Below, piece after piece: positions 1 through 10,482 of a stretch of DNA of 64,000 nt. The number at the start of each line of letters is the position of its first letter. The first letter of the stretch is position 1. Origin of the DNA: Candidatus Marinacidobacterales bacterium (lineage in GTDB: Bacteria; Acidobacteriota; Vicinamibacteria; Marinacidobacterales; DATDRI01); contig OZ245365.1 of the NCBI GenBank assembly GCA_965226495.1, forward strand, positions 2,400,001 through 2,464,000. Reading direction: 5' to 3'. The translations under genes were made by a program, and so were the position numbers. The notes beneath the pieces are model-generated. The model saw only the letters and a program-made list of their open reading frames with translations. It made no database searches and was not told the DNA's origin.

Positions 1-400
1 CATCGTGGTGACGGTGACCGGCGAAGGGGGGAGCGGGGGCGCGCTGGCCATCGCGATTGGCGATGAGATCCTCATGTTCGAGCATTCCATCTACTCAGTC
101 ATTTCTCCTGAGGGGTGTGCGGCGATTCTGTGGAAACATGCCGGGAAAGCGGAGACGGCGGCCGACGGTTTGAGACTGACCGCTCAAGACCTCCTGTCCT
201 TCGGATTGATCGATGAGGTCGTTCCCGAGCCGCTAGGCGGCGCCCATAGCGATCATCGGCGCACTGCGGAGATTCTCGACGATTACCTTGGTCGAAGTCT
301 AGCGCGGGTGGTCAAGATGAGCGCCGAGGAGCGGCGTGAGGCGCGTTACCAAAAGTTTCGACAAATGGGCAGCGTGAGCCTCGAACAAGAAAGCGGCTAA
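1..400 (+). CDS. accA: Acetyl-CoA carboxylase carboxyltransferase alpha subunit (3' part, truncated by window edge)
   Basis: GEGGSGGALA, YSVISPEGCAAILW and IDEVVPEPLGGAH motifs. Confidence 0.95.
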   Translation, partial: IVVTVTGEGGSGGALAIAIGDEILMFEHSIYSVISPEGCAAILWKHAGKAETAADGLRLTAQDLLSFGLIDEVVPEPLGGAHSDHRRTAEILDDYLGRSLARVVKMSAEERREARYQKFRQMGSVSLEQESG

Positions 401-2511
401 TGACTCTCAACCAGATTCGCGTGGTCAAGCGCCTGCTGGCCGTCGTTCTGGTAAGTTTTAGTGCCGTTCTAGCGTATCAGTTTCTAGGCTCCTACAACGC
501 GTCGAAGCGTTCCTCGTCCGTTGCCCTTCCTACCAATCGCGACGCTCCCATGGCGCGCGGCGTCGAGATCTCTCGCCTCGACGAGGATGGCAAGAAAGTC
601 TTCGAGCTCAAGGCCGCCGAGAGCGTTGGGAGATCGGAAGATACCCAAACCTTTCGTGATGTGGAGATCCAGTTCGAAGCCGGCAAGACCGAACCCGTTC
701 CCCTTACGGTAACGGCCGACCTCTGTGAATACGACGTCGAGTCTTCGGCGGTGCATCTAGAGGGGAACGTCGTCATCGTGGATGGAGAGCACTTGCGCAT
801 CGAAGCGCCGACCCTGGACTATCGCCCCAAGCCGAAACGGGTTTGGACGGACGATCCCATCAAGTATTTCCATCGCGGCCTCGAGGGTGAAGCGGGGGGC
901 TTGGTGTATCAAGTGGCGGGCAATGCCTTCGAGCTCGGGGAGGGCGTGGCCATGACGTTCACTCCCGAAGACGGCGGTTTGCCCGTTTATGTGGAGAGCG
1001 CCTGGGCGAAGATTCGGCGCCGCGAACGAGTGGTTCGATTCATTGACGAAGTCAAAGTCCGCCACGGCTCGTATCGGCTGAGAAGCGGTTTGCTTCGAAT
1101 CCACATGACAGAGGACGAAAGCGGGATCGAGCAACTCTTCGCCGAGCAAGACGTGCGGATGGTGCTCGATGCTGCACCGGAGCCGCAAGTTACCCCCGGT
1201 ACCGACCAAGACACTGAAGTTGTCGCCGAGCAAGACGCCGGTGTGCGTCCTCTCGACCAGCCCGGCCGAAAGCGATTGACCAGTCAGAATCTCGAAGTGG
1301 AGTTCCGCCCGGATGGGAGCACGATGAAGCGCATGCGTGCCACGGACGACGCAAAGCTTACATTCGAGCCGCCGGTCTCTTCCGATAGGAAGCCGGGCAT
1401 GAGACGTGAGCTGGAGGGAAACACGCTCATCTTCCAGTTCGATGGCGAGGGGCGGTTGACCATCCTCAACGCTCGTGGCAACGTCGCCCTCACGCTAGAG
1501 CCGGAAGGAGGCAAACCCGAAGACGCCCGACGGGTCACGGCGCGGGAGCTGGAGAGCCGATTCGATCCCGAGACCGGAGAGCTTCGCATGGCCCAATGCT
1601 CCCACCAGGTGAAATTTTCTCATGGCGAGCTGCACGCCGAAGCCGAGGAAGGGCTCTACCGCTCGCAGCGGGAACTTCTAACCCTTACCGACTCACCGCG
1701 TCTATGGGATGCGAGTGCGGAACTGGTAGCCGAAGAGCTGAGGATTCAGGTTGTCACCGGGGCACTCGAGGCAATTGGCAAGGTGCGCTCCACCATGACA
1801 TCGGTTTCATCGAACAGTCTCGGCTTCCTACCTGGTGACGAGGACGATTTGGTTTATTTCCTGGCCGAGCATCTCGAGTACGATCGGGAGAATGATTTGG
1901 CAATCTATACCGGAGCGGCGCGGGGCTTCCGGGGGAGCAACCGCCTGGAGGCCGATCGGATCGCGGTGGCTCAAATCAAGGGAGAGCTCGAGGCAACGGA
2001 CTCGGTCCGTACCACCCTCCCGCAAAAGGCATCGCCGAAGGTGGGGAGTGAAGGGCCTGCCGATAACGACGACGGCGAAACCGAAGCTAGAGGGGGCCGC
2101 AAAGAAGTGACGCCGCAGTTAACTCATACGCGGGCCGGACATCTTTTCTACCGCTCGAAGGACCAGCTGCTGACCTACACCAAGGCAGTTGAGATGAAAT
2201 CGGGGGACTTCCTGCTCCGAGGCGAGAGGGTCGATGTGAATCTCCAAGAGGGAGGCGAGGGCGTCAAGCAGATCTATGCGGAGGGCAATGTGGAAATCGA
2301 GTCGACCACCGGAAAGGCCCGCGGCGATAAAGCAACATACGTGCCAGAGCGCGAGGAAATACGCGTGAGCGGCGAGCGAGCGACCCTCGAAGACGGCGAT
2401 AAACTCACGGAAGGCAAGGAGTTGACTTTTTTTCTATCGGATGATAAGATTTTTGTAGACGGTCGGGAACAACGCCGTACAAAGACCACATATTCCGGAT
2501 CGCGCCCCTAA
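400..2511 (+). CDS. LPS export periplasmic protein, LptC fused to multiple LptA/OstA beta-jellyroll domains
   Basis: N-terminal TM anchor, repeated beta-rich OstA-like segments (LEGNVVI, ARGNVAL, AEGNVEI), directly upstream of lptB. Confidence 0.85.
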   Translation: MTLNQIRVVKRLLAVVLVSFSAVLAYQFLGSYNASKRSSSVALPTNRDAPMARGVEISRLDEDGKKVFELKAAESVGRSEDTQTFRDVEIQFEAGKTEPVPLTVTADLCEYDVESSAVHLEGNVVIVDGEHLRIEAPTLDYRPKPKRVWTDDPIKYFHRGLEGEAGGLVYQVAGNAFELGEGVAMTFTPEDGGLPVYVESAWAKIRRRERVVRFIDEVKVRHGSYRLRSGLLRIHMTEDESGIEQLFAEQDVRMVLDAAPEPQVTPGTDQDTEVVAEQDAGVRPLDQPGRKRLTSQNLEVEFRPDGSTMKRMRATDDAKLTFEPPVSSDRKPGMRRELEGNTLIFQFDGEGRLTILNARGNVALTLEPEGGKPEDARRVTARELESRFDPETGELRMAQCSHQVKFSHGELHAEAEEGLYRSQRELLTLTDSPRLWDASAELVAEELRIQVVTGALEAIGKVRSTMTSVSSNSLGFLPGDEDDLVYFLAEHLEYDRENDLAIYTGAARGFRGSNRLEADRIAVAQIKGELEATDSVRTTLPQKASPKVGSEGPADNDDGETEARGGRKEVTPQLTHTRAGHLFYRSKDQLLTYTKAVEMKSGDFLLRGERVDVNLQEGGEGVKQIYAEGNVEIESTTGKARGDKATYVPEREEIRVSGERATLEDGDKLTEGKELTFFLSDDKIFVDGREQRRTKTTYSGSRP

Positions 2512-2514
2512 TTA

Positions 2515-3240
2515 ATGCACGTACTGAGGGCACGGTCGCTAGCGAAGTCGTTTCGTCGACGAAAAGTGGTCGACGACGTAAGCCTCGAGGTCCATGAGGG
2601 GGAGGTCGTCGGCCTCCTAGGACCGAATGGTGCCGGGAAGACCACGACCTTCCACATGGTGGTAGGTCTGACTCGACCGGACAAAGGAAGTGTTTATCTC
2701 AACAATGAGGAAATCACGTTACTTCCGATGTATCTGCGAGCCCGGAGCGGCATCAATTACCTCCCGCAGGAGCCTTCCATATTTCGCAAGCTCACCGTTG
2801 AGGAAAACGTCCTCGCCATCTTGGAGACCCTCCCGCTCCAGCCGGGGGAGAAACAGCAGCGCTTGCGCGAGCTCCTCGGTGAGCTGGGCCTCACCAGCAT
2901 GGCCAAGGCTAGGGCATATACCTTATCCGGCGGTGAGCGGCGCCGTGCCGAAATTACGCGCGCTCTCGTCACCTCTCCTTCCTTCATGCTCCTCGACGAA
3001 CCTTTTGCCGGCATCGATCCCATCGCAGTAGGCGAAATTCAGAAAATCATTCATCATCTCAAGGCGCGCGGGATTGGAATCTTGATAACGGACCATAATG
3101 TGAGGGAAACGCTCCAAATCACCGACCGTGCTTACATCATGAACGAGGGTCGTATCTTCCGCGCCGGATCTCCGGCCGAGCTAGCGAACGACGAAGAGGT
3201 ACGCCGGGTGTATTTGGGGGAGGAATTCAGACTCGACTAG
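2515..3240 (+). CDS. lptB: LPS export ABC transporter ATP-binding protein
   Basis: [50 protein letters not shown]. Confidence 0.97.
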   Translation: MHVLRARSLAKSFRRRKVVDDVSLEVHEGEVVGLLGPNGAGKTTTFHMVVGLTRPDKGSVYLNNEEITLLPMYLRARSGINYLPQEPSIFRKLTVEENVLAILETLPLQPGEKQQRLRELLGELGLTSMAKARAYTLSGGERRRAEITRALVTSPSFMLLDEPFAGIDPIAVGEIQKIIHHLKARGIGILITDHNVRETLQITDRAYIMNEGRIFRAGSPAELANDEEVRRVYLGEEFRLD

Positions 3241-3303
3241 CGTGGCGCTCTTCGGCCCTCTTCGGTAAGACTGGAACATTAGGACCAGCGGGAGTCTCAG
3301 GTC

Positions 3304-4779
3304 ATGGCGATGTATCAAAAGCTAGTGCTTCAAGCCAAGCTCTCGCAAAAGCTCATCCTCACCCCCTCGTTGCAGCAGGCGATCAAACTGCTGCCCTTGT
3401 CGACTCTCGAGCTTGCCGAAATGCTCAACGAGGAGCTCGTCGAGAATCCTCTCCTCGAAGACGAGGTCGAGAACGAAAAAGAGGAGGCGAGCAGCAACGA
3501 AGAAAAGGCCGAGACCGGCGAGACCCAAGAGAAGCTTGACGGTGAAGACAAAGCGGGAGACAAAGACGATTCGTTCGAGGAGATAGACTTCGAGTCGTTC
3601 TTCAGTGACTATCTCGACGACGGGTACCGACCGCGAACCCCGTACGAGATTCCCGAGCTTCCGCCCATCGAGAATACCCTCGCCACGACCTCTTCGTTAG
3701 CCGATCACCTGGATTGGCAACTCCGCATGGCGAGCGTAGAGCCTCTCATAGTCGAGATCGGCCAGGCGATTGTCGGCAACGTCGACGACGATGGATACCT
3801 CCAGGCCACGGTGGAAGAGATCTGCACCATGGGCAACTACAAGCAAGGGGAGGTCGAAAAGGCGCTCGAGGTCGTTCAGAGCTTCGATCCCATCGGCATC
3901 GCCGCGAGAGACCTACGCGAATGCCTCTTGCTCCAGCTCCGACACCTGGACGTCGGCGGCACCGCGGTGGAGACGATGGTCGCCAACCATCTAGACCTAC
4001 TACAGAGCCACCGTTTCAACGAGCTCGCCAAGGCCATGAACATTCCGCTGGATGAAGTCTTGCAGCATTGCGAGATCATCCGGCGGCTCGATCCGAAACC
4101 GGGTTCGAAGCACAACCCAAAGAAGAGTCAGTACGTTACTCCAGATGTTTATGTGGTCAAGGTGGGCGACAAATATGAGATCGTTTTGAACGAAGATCGT
4201 TTGCCGCAGCTCCGCATTAGCTCTGTGTACCGGCGTATGCTGGAGAACAAATCCGCGGACAATGAAGCGACACGGTCGTACGTGAAGGAGAAGTTGCGAA
4301 ACGCTCTGTGGCTCATCAAGTCGGTGGATCAGCGGCAGAAGACGATCTACAAAGTGTCGGAAAGCATCGTGCGTCAGCAGAAAGAGTTCTTGGATAATGG
4401 GTTGGAACACTTGCGTCCGCTGGTGCTTAGAGATGTGGCGGTCGACATCGGTATGCACGAGTCGACGGTGTCTCGAGTGGTCGCCAACAAATACATGCAC
4501 ACCGTTCAGGGTGTCGTTGAGATGAAATACTTTTTCCACAGCGGAATCGCCAGCACGTACGGCGATGCCGTTTCCTCGGTGACTATCAAGCAGAGAATCA
4601 GGAAGATCGTCGAGGAAGAAAACCCCAAACGACCGCTTTCCGATTCCAAAATCGTCACCATTCTCGAACGCGACGGCTTGAGGTTGGCACGAAGGACCAT
4701 CGCGAAGTATCGCGAGGAGCTTCGCATCCCTCCCTCCAATCAGCGGAAGAATCTCTATAACAGTCCTTTCGCCAGTTAA
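3304..4779 (+). CDS. rpoN: RNA polymerase sigma-54 factor
   Basis: LQQAIKLL region I, HESTVSR, RpoN box ARRTIAKYR. Confidence 0.98.
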   Translation: MAMYQKLVLQAKLSQKLILTPSLQQAIKLLPLSTLELAEMLNEELVENPLLEDEVENEKEEASSNEEKAETGETQEKLDGEDKAGDKDDSFEEIDFESFFSDYLDDGYRPRTPYEIPELPPIENTLATTSSLADHLDWQLRMASVEPLIVEIGQAIVGNVDDDGYLQATVEEICTMGNYKQGEVEKALEVVQSFDPIGIAARDLRECLLLQLRHLDVGGTAVETMVANHLDLLQSHRFNELAKAMNIPLDEVLQHCEIIRRLDPKPGSKHNPKKSQYVTPDVYVVKVGDKYEIVLNEDRLPQLRISSVYRRMLENKSADNEATRSYVKEKLRNALWLIKSVDQRQKTIYKVSESIVRQQKEFLDNGLEHLRPLVLRDVAVDIGMHESTVSRVVANKYMHTVQGVVEMKYFFHSGIASTYGDAVSSVTIKQRIRKIVEEENPKRPLSDSKIVTILERDGLRLARRTIAKYREELRIPPSNQRKNLYNSPFAS

Positions 4780-4797
4780 GTAGTGTCAATGCCAGCT

Positions 4798-4830
4798 CCT
4801 CACCCAGTCCCTCTCCCAAGGGGAGAGGGA
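4798..4830. repeat. REP-like palindromic element
   Basis: CCTCACCC..TCCCTCTCCC-AAG-GGGAGAGGGA (10-bp stem) between rpoN and hpf; related inverted copy at 50363-50419. Confidence 0.6.
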
Positions 4831-4850
4831 TTGAAGGAAGGAAGCCAACC

Positions 4851-5402
4851 TTGAATATCCATATCACCGGGCGGCAGATCGACGTCACCGGTCCGTTGAA
4901 GGAGTTTACCGAGTCCAAAGTAAACAAGCTGGACCGATTCATCGATGGCATTACGGACATTCACGTGACCTTATCGGTGCAAAAGTACCGGCAGCGGGCC
5001 GAGGTGAACGTCCATAGCCGAGGCAACACCTATCTGACCGCGGTGGAGGAGTCGGAGGACCTATATGCCTCGATTCAACAAGCCATCGAGAAAATAGAAG
5101 CGCAAGCCAGAAAGACAAGCGCCAAGCGGATCGGTAAAAGACGGCGCGGCGCGCGACAGGAGGGGACGTTCGATGTCATCGCCAGGGACGGCGGGGAAAC
5201 ACCGAACGAGGATAACGTACCCCGCGTGGTGGAGAGTCATCGGTTCGTCATCAAACCGCTGTCGGTGGAAGAGGCGGTCATGGAGCTCGATGCCGGCGGC
5301 GCCGAGTTTCTCGTTTTCCGCAATGCGGACAACGAAGGAGTCAACGTCATTTACCGCCGGCCCGACGGGAATTACGGCCTCATCGATCCTGGGGGGCAAT
5401 AG
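4851..5402 (+). CDS. hpf: Ribosome hibernation promoting factor (long HPF)
   Basis: NIHITGRQIDVT, DLYASI, C-terminal KPLSVEEAVMEL..FLVF..NVIYRRPDGNYGLI. Confidence 0.95.
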   Translation: MNIHITGRQIDVTGPLKEFTESKVNKLDRFIDGITDIHVTLSVQKYRQRAEVNVHSRGNTYLTAVEESEDLYASIQQAIEKIEAQARKTSAKRIGKRRRGARQEGTFDVIARDGGETPNEDNVPRVVESHRFVIKPLSVEEAVMELDAGGAEFLVFRNADNEGVNVIYRRPDGNYGLIDPGGQ

Positions 5403-5448
5403 CCCTTCGGAGACGCTACCTCAGGAGTCGGGAAAAGGAAGGGCCCCT

Positions 5449-6420
5449 TTGCGGACGACGGCAGGCCGTGGCAAGCAGGCAAAGAAGAATTCTCAACCCC
5501 TTCACGTTCGCGAGCTGTTGGAAGACGCACCCGAGCCACTGGATTTGGAGCTGGCTGCCGGGAAGAGCGGGCTCTCTCGGCGTATTCGCACCTCCAGTGT
5601 CCAACGCCCCCCGACCACGGATAACCCACTCAGGCCTGGAGGGGTCTTGTTGCTCGATTCCGCCGAGCTCGCGCAGCTGGCCTCGCTCCCAGCGCTCCGG
5701 CGCCGGCGCGTCTTAGAGTCCTGGTTCGCTATCCCCATTGCAGCGATTGTGACATCTTCCCGAGGCACGGCCCCCAGGGAGCTCTATTCCCTTGCTAACC
5801 GTCACCGGGTTGCCGTTTTCGCTACCGGCCTCAAGGCGTCGGTGGCTGCGAAACGAATCGGCCGCGTGCTCGAGGAGAGGCTGACCAAACGTGAGGTGAT
5901 CCATGGTGTCTTGATGGACGTTCACGGCCTGGGAATTCTCATCGTCGGCGAGAGCGGTATCGGAAAGAGCGAATCGGCCATCGAGCTGATCGAACGAGGC
6001 CATCGACTGGTTGCCGACGACGTAGTGGAAATCGAAAAGAGTGCCGAGTGCCTAACCGGCCGCAGTCCGGGGATCGTCCGCTACTACATGGAGCTTCGCG
6101 GGCTCGGAGTGATCAACGTGAAAGATCTCTTTGGCGCTAATGCGATCCAGCTGTCGATGCCTCTCGAGCTCGTTGTTCAGCTAGAGCGATGGGATCGCGC
6201 GACCGAGGTCGAGAGATTGGGCCTCGAAGAAAAGACTTACGCTGTCCTCGGGGTGGACCTGCCATTGCTGTCGATGCCGGTAGGGCCCGGCCGAAATCTA
6301 GCAATGCTCATAGAGGTGGCGGCTCGTAACCACCTGCTGAGCAAGAGCGGGCGAAACCCCGCGCGCCTTCTTGCCCGGAGCGTTTCGATCGCGGCGCGCC
6401 GGCGGTTGAAAGGGAAGTAA
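5449..6420 (+). CDS. hprK: HPr kinase/phosphorylase
   Basis: HGVLMDVHGLG, GESGIGKSE, LVADDVV, ELRGLG, GPGRN; TTG start at 5449 inferred from upstream AAGGAAGG. Confidence 0.9.
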   Translation: MRTTAGRGKQAKKNSQPLHVRELLEDAPEPLDLELAAGKSGLSRRIRTSSVQRPPTTDNPLRPGGVLLLDSAELAQLASLPALRRRRVLESWFAIPIAAIVTSSRGTAPRELYSLANRHRVAVFATGLKASVAAKRIGRVLEERLTKREVIHGVLMDVHGLGILIVGESGIGKSESAIELIERGHRLVADDVVEIEKSAECLTGRSPGIVRYYMELRGLGVINVKDLFGANAIQLSMPLELVVQLERWDRATEVERLGLEEKTYAVLGVDLPLLSMPVGPGRNLAMLIEVAARNHLLSKSGRNPARLLARSVSIAARRRLKGK

Positions 6421-7317
6421 GTGGCCCAAAGAACGAAGAATGGGAAAGGGGCCGCTCGTTTCGTTTTCATCACCGGCCTCTCAGGTTCTGGCAAAACGTT
6501 GGCGATGAAGGCCCTCGAAGATGCGGGCTTTTTCTGCGTGGACAACCTGCCCCCGAAACTACTCGGACCGTTCGCCGAGCTCACAGCAAAAGGTGGCGAG
6601 AGTATCGAACAGGTGGCGGTGGTTGCGGACATTCGGGAACGCGGTTTCCTCAAAGATTTCCCAGAGGTTTTCGACCGTCTTCGGCAGCGCGGTTTCGAAA
6701 CGGTTCTGATTTTTCTCGATGCGCGCGACGAAGTTATCGTTCGCCGTTTCAGCGAAAGTCGGAGGCCGCACCCGCTGGCGGTGGGCAAGGGGTCGGTCCT
6801 CCAAGCCGTGCGCAAGGAGCGGCGAAAATTGGCCGCCATTCGGCGTCTCGCCGATCAGATTCTAGACACCTCGGAGATGACGGTGCACGAGCTGCGACGG
6901 TATCTGCTCGAACAGTTTCAGGAGGTCGAGGGACGCCGTGGTCCGGCTATGAACGTGGTCTCGTTCGGCTATAAGTTCGGAGTGCCTCACGACGCCGACC
7001 TTGTCTTCGACGTCCGCTTTCTTCCCAATCCCTTCTTCGAGAAAGATCTGCGAGCCAAGGATGGCAACCACCCGGCCGTCGAGCGCTTCCTCTTCTCTTT
7101 TCCCGCCACCAGCGAGTTCATCCAGAGGCTGGAGTCGTTTCTGAATTACTTGATTCCGCAGTATACGTCGGAGGGGAAGAGCTATCTGACCATCGCCATC
7201 GGTTGTACCGGCGGACGGCACCGGTCGGTGATGGTAGGCAAGGAGATGGCGGGCAGATTGAAGAAACAAGGGTATTCGGTCACGTTGACGCATCGCGATG
7301 TGAAGGGTGACAGTTGA
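6421..7317 (+). CDS. rapZ: RNase adapter RapZ
   Basis: TGLSGSGK, CVDNLP, SFGYKFG, DVRFLPNP, GCTGGRHRSV. Confidence 0.96.
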   Translation: MAQRTKNGKGAARFVFITGLSGSGKTLAMKALEDAGFFCVDNLPPKLLGPFAELTAKGGESIEQVAVVADIRERGFLKDFPEVFDRLRQRGFETVLIFLDARDEVIVRRFSESRRPHPLAVGKGSVLQAVRKERRKLAAIRRLADQILDTSEMTVHELRRYLLEQFQEVEGRRGPAMNVVSFGYKFGVPHDADLVFDVRFLPNPFFEKDLRAKDGNHPAVERFLFSFPATSEFIQRLESFLNYLIPQYTSEGKSYLTIAIGCTGGRHRSVMVGKEMAGRLKKQGYSVTLTHRDVKGDS

Positions 7318-7754
7318 TTGGGATCCTGGTTGTAACCCACGGACGCTTGGCTAGCGAGCTGGTGACGTCCGCAGAGATGATCGTGGGGGAGATTCCGAAC
7401 GTCACTGCCGTTTCCATCGGTTGGCATGACCACCCGGACGAAGCTCAAGAGGAAATTCGGAGCGCTATCGAGCGGGTGGAGGGAGGCCAGGGAACGGTGG
7501 TGCTGACCGACATGTTCGGGGGAACGCCGTCGAACCTGAGCCTTGCGTTTTTGGAAGAGGGTCGTGTCGAAGTGATCACGGGCGTCAACTTGCCTATGCT
7601 GATCAAGTTGGTTAGCTTGCGCGAGGACGAGCAAATCGATCTGGGTGCGGCGGCTCGACAGATCAGCGCACAAGGCAAGGAAAGCATTTACCTTGCCAGT
7701 GATCTTCTGGCGGCCAAGAAAGAGAAAGAGACGGAGGAGGAGCCTGGTGGTTGA
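7314..7754 (+). CDS. PTS EIIA, mannose/fructose family
   Basis: VVTHG, TDMFGGTPSN, TGVNLPML. Confidence 0.93.
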   Translation: MIGILVVTHGRLASELVTSAEMIVGEIPNVTAVSIGWHDHPDEAQEEIRSAIERVEGGQGTVVLTDMFGGTPSNLSLAFLEEGRVEVITGVNLPMLIKLVSLREDEQIDLGAAARQISAQGKESIYLASDLLAAKKEKETEEEPGG

Positions 7755-8016
7755 ACGCATGGTGGAGATCATGAACCCCCTCGGACTCCACGCGAGAGCG
7801 GCGGCCCGCTTCGTCAGGACGGCGAGCCAGTTCACGTCCAAAGTGACGGTCAGTAAGGAGGGAACGACTATCGACGGAAAGAGCATTCTGGGGATTCTCT
7901 TTCTTGCCGCGACGTCAGGCAGCGAGCTCACCATCACCGCGTCTGGAGAAGACGAGGAAGAGGCGGTGAAAGCGCTGGTCACCCTCGTGAGCGATGGCTT
8001 CGGAGATGGTAAGTAG
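7747..8016 (+). CDS. ptsH: Phosphocarrier HPr
   Basis: GLHARAAA (His15), DGKSILG (Ser46); GTG start overlapping the EIIA 3' end. Confidence 0.93.
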   Translation: MVERMVEIMNPLGLHARAAARFVRTASQFTSKVTVSKEGTTIDGKSILGILFLAATSGSELTITASGEDEEEAVKALVTLVSDGFGDGK

Positions 8017-8035
8017 ACTCCATGATGGTGTCGAG

Positions 8036-9850
8036 ATGAGCGTCGTCGTGCCTACACCCAGCACATCCGGTCGAGGCAGTCGGCCGCGCCCTGTTTTCTT
8101 GCGAGGGGTCGGTGGTGCCCCTGGTATTGCGGTGGCGCGCGCGCTGGTACTGCAACACGAAGAGGTTCCTATCTTTCGCATTCCCCTTGCCCGCCATGAG
8201 GTGGCGGCGGAATGCGACCGCGTCCAGGCCGCCAAGCGTTTGACCATGCGTCAGCTGGAAGAGATGAAAGCGCGCACCGTCGACCGGTTGGGCGAAGAAC
8301 ACGGTTACATTTTCGATGCCCAGATTTTGATGTTGGATGACCCGTTGCTGATCGACCGCGTCTTGGATGTTCTACGCAGTGAGCGCGTCAACGCGGAGTG
8401 GGCCCTCCAAACGACACTCGGTGAGTTGGGAGCAATCTTCGATAGCCTCAAGGACGACTACCTCCGCGAGCGTAAGGGAGACATCTTCGACGTTGCGGGG
8501 AGGCTGCTAAGCAACTTGACGGGTGGGCACCAAGGGCCGCAGGGAAGATTGGAACGTGACTACGTCCTCGTGTCCGATATCGTGCGACCGTCCGACCCGG
8601 GTCAGCTCGAGTGGGAGCACATCGCCGGCTTGGCAATGGAAGGCGGAAGCCGTACCTACCACACCGCGATCATCGCGCGGTCACTCGGCATTCCTTGCGT
8701 GGTGGGCATACACAACCTCATGGTCCATGTCGGACCGGGCGCGGCGCTGGTGGTCGATGGCGGAGAAGGATTGGTCATCGTGAATCCGGACCGACAGATG
8801 CTCCGGGAGTATCGGTCCAAACGTCGTAGCTATCGAACGGTGGAACGGAAGTGGAAACGACTGCAAGGCTTGCCCGCCGAGACTGTCGATGGGCATCGGG
8901 TGTCCCTCCAAGCCAACGTCGACTCTCCGGAAGAATGTGCTGTCGCTGTGGAACAGTCGGCGGACGGCATCGGCCTTTTCCGCTCGGAGTGGTTGTTGAA
9001 CCAGTCAGGTGGAAAATTTCCTGAAGAACCTGGGGAGGAAGAACAGTACGAGATCTATAGAAATCTGGCGGAACAGATGAAGCCGCTCCCGGTGATCGTG
9101 AGAACTTTCGACCTGAGCCCGGAGCCGATGCTCTGGGCGGGGGGGACTGAGGCCAACCCTGCCCTCGGCCTCAGGGCCACCCGACTCGTGCTACGCGACG
9201 ATCGCTACCGGGGCCTATTCAAAACGCAGCTCCGCGCCTTGCTCCGTGCCCGGACGCGGGGAAACGTCAAGGTGATGTTTCCTATGATTGGAGGCGTGGA
9301 TGAGTTGCGTGAGGCGCGATCCGTGCTCGAAGAGGCCAAGGAAGAGCTTCGGGCAGCCGGAGAGCACTTCGCGCCTGACCTCCCGGTAGGCGTCACCATC
9401 GAGGTGCCCTCTGCAGCCATGACCGCCGACCTTTTGGCGCGATACGCGGATTTCTTCAGCATCGGCAGTAATGATCTCATCCAGTATTGTTTGGCGGTCG
9501 ATCGAGGCAATGAGGCCGTTTCTTACCTCTACGAGCCGCTCCATCCGGCCATGCTGCGTACAATAGGGTTCGTGATCCGGTCGGCTCATCAAGCAGGAAT
9601 CCCGGTGGGCATGTGTGGAGAGATGGCAGCCGATCCATTGCTGGTTGTGATTCTGGTGGGGCTCGGCCTCGACGAGCTCTCGATGAACGCTCTTTCGATT
9701 GGCGCGGTGAAGGACCTCATCCGAAGGCTTTCGCTCGAGGAGGCCCGCGAGATCGCGAAGGAGGCCCTCGAGTTGACCACCGCCGGAGACATTGCTGATT
9801 ACGTGCGGGAAGGGGTGGCTAAACGGATTGGCAAGGGACGTTACTGGTAG
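8036..9850 (+). CDS. ptsI: PEP-protein phosphotransferase (PTS enzyme I)
   Basis: RTYHTAIIARS, GIGLFRSE, NPALGLRA, SIGSNDLIQY, GMCGE; start uncertain (7994-8036). Confidence 0.95.
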   Translation: MSVVVPTPSTSGRGSRPRPVFLRGVGGAPGIAVARALVLQHEEVPIFRIPLARHEVAAECDRVQAAKRLTMRQLEEMKARTVDRLGEEHGYIFDAQILMLDDPLLIDRVLDVLRSERVNAEWALQTTLGELGAIFDSLKDDYLRERKGDIFDVAGRLLSNLTGGHQGPQGRLERDYVLVSDIVRPSDPGQLEWEHIAGLAMEGGSRTYHTAIIARSLGIPCVVGIHNLMVHVGPGAALVVDGGEGLVIVNPDRQMLREYRSKRRSYRTVERKWKRLQGLPAETVDGHRVSLQANVDSPEECAVAVEQSADGIGLFRSEWLLNQSGGKFPEEPGEEEQYEIYRNLAEQMKPLPVIVRTFDLSPEPMLWAGGTEANPALGLRATRLVLRDDRYRGLFKTQLRALLRARTRGNVKVMFPMIGGVDELREARSVLEEAKEELRAAGEHFAPDLPVGVTIEVPSAAMTADLLARYADFFSIGSNDLIQYCLAVDRGNEAVSYLYEPLHPAMLRTIGFVIRSAHQAGIPVGMCGEMAADPLLVVILVGLGLDELSMNALSIGAVKDLIRRLSLEEAREIAKEALELTTAGDIADYVREGVAKRIGKGRYW

Positions 9851-9905
9851 CTCCTGAGAGAAGAGAAAGCAAGAGAGCGAAGACAAAGATGGGGGAATCG
9901 GCAAC

Positions 9906-10265
9906 GTGACGGATCGAGTGGAGAAGCCGTGGGGTTACGAGATCATATGGGCGAAGACGGATCGCTATGTTGGAAAAGTTCTTCACATCGAGAAGGGACA
10001 CGCTCTCTCCTTGCAATACCACGAGGTGAAAGAAGAGACGATTCGGTTGAACTCCGGAAGGCTCGTGCTGGAAGTCGAAGAAGAGGGGACAGAGCGCCGG
10101 AAGATCACGCTATCGCCGGGGGACAGCTTTCACATTCGCCCCGGCACAATCCATCGCATGATCGCGGAAGAGACCTGTGACGTGCTCGAAGTATCGACCC
10201 CCGAGCTCGATGATGTCGTGCGGCTAGAAGATCGGTATGGGAGAGAGGGCACCAGCGAGGCCTAA
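9906..10265 (+). CDS. Cupin, mannose-6-phosphate isomerase type II C-terminal-like
   Basis: VEKPWG, LSLQYHEVKEET, HRM, DDVVRLEDRYGR. Confidence 0.85.
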   Translation: MTDRVEKPWGYEIIWAKTDRYVGKVLHIEKGHALSLQYHEVKEETIRLNSGRLVLEVEEEGTERRKITLSPGDSFHIRPGTIHRMIAEETCDVLEVSTPELDDVVRLEDRYGREGTSEA

Positions 10266-10482
10266 GAAAAGGGATCAAAAAACACTTGACAGATTTTCCC
10301 GGGACATTTTGAAGGCCGACCGTTCCTTCGCCTCGATCCCTTCCTCAGACGCACACAACCTCTCTAGCATCCCTTCTTTGGAATTAGGGGCTTTCCTTGT
10401 TCCAACCGCTTCGCTCTCATCTAGCACCGCGTGAGGCCACAGAAAAACCCGTTGCTATATTGTGAAAGAGGGGGCAACGCTC

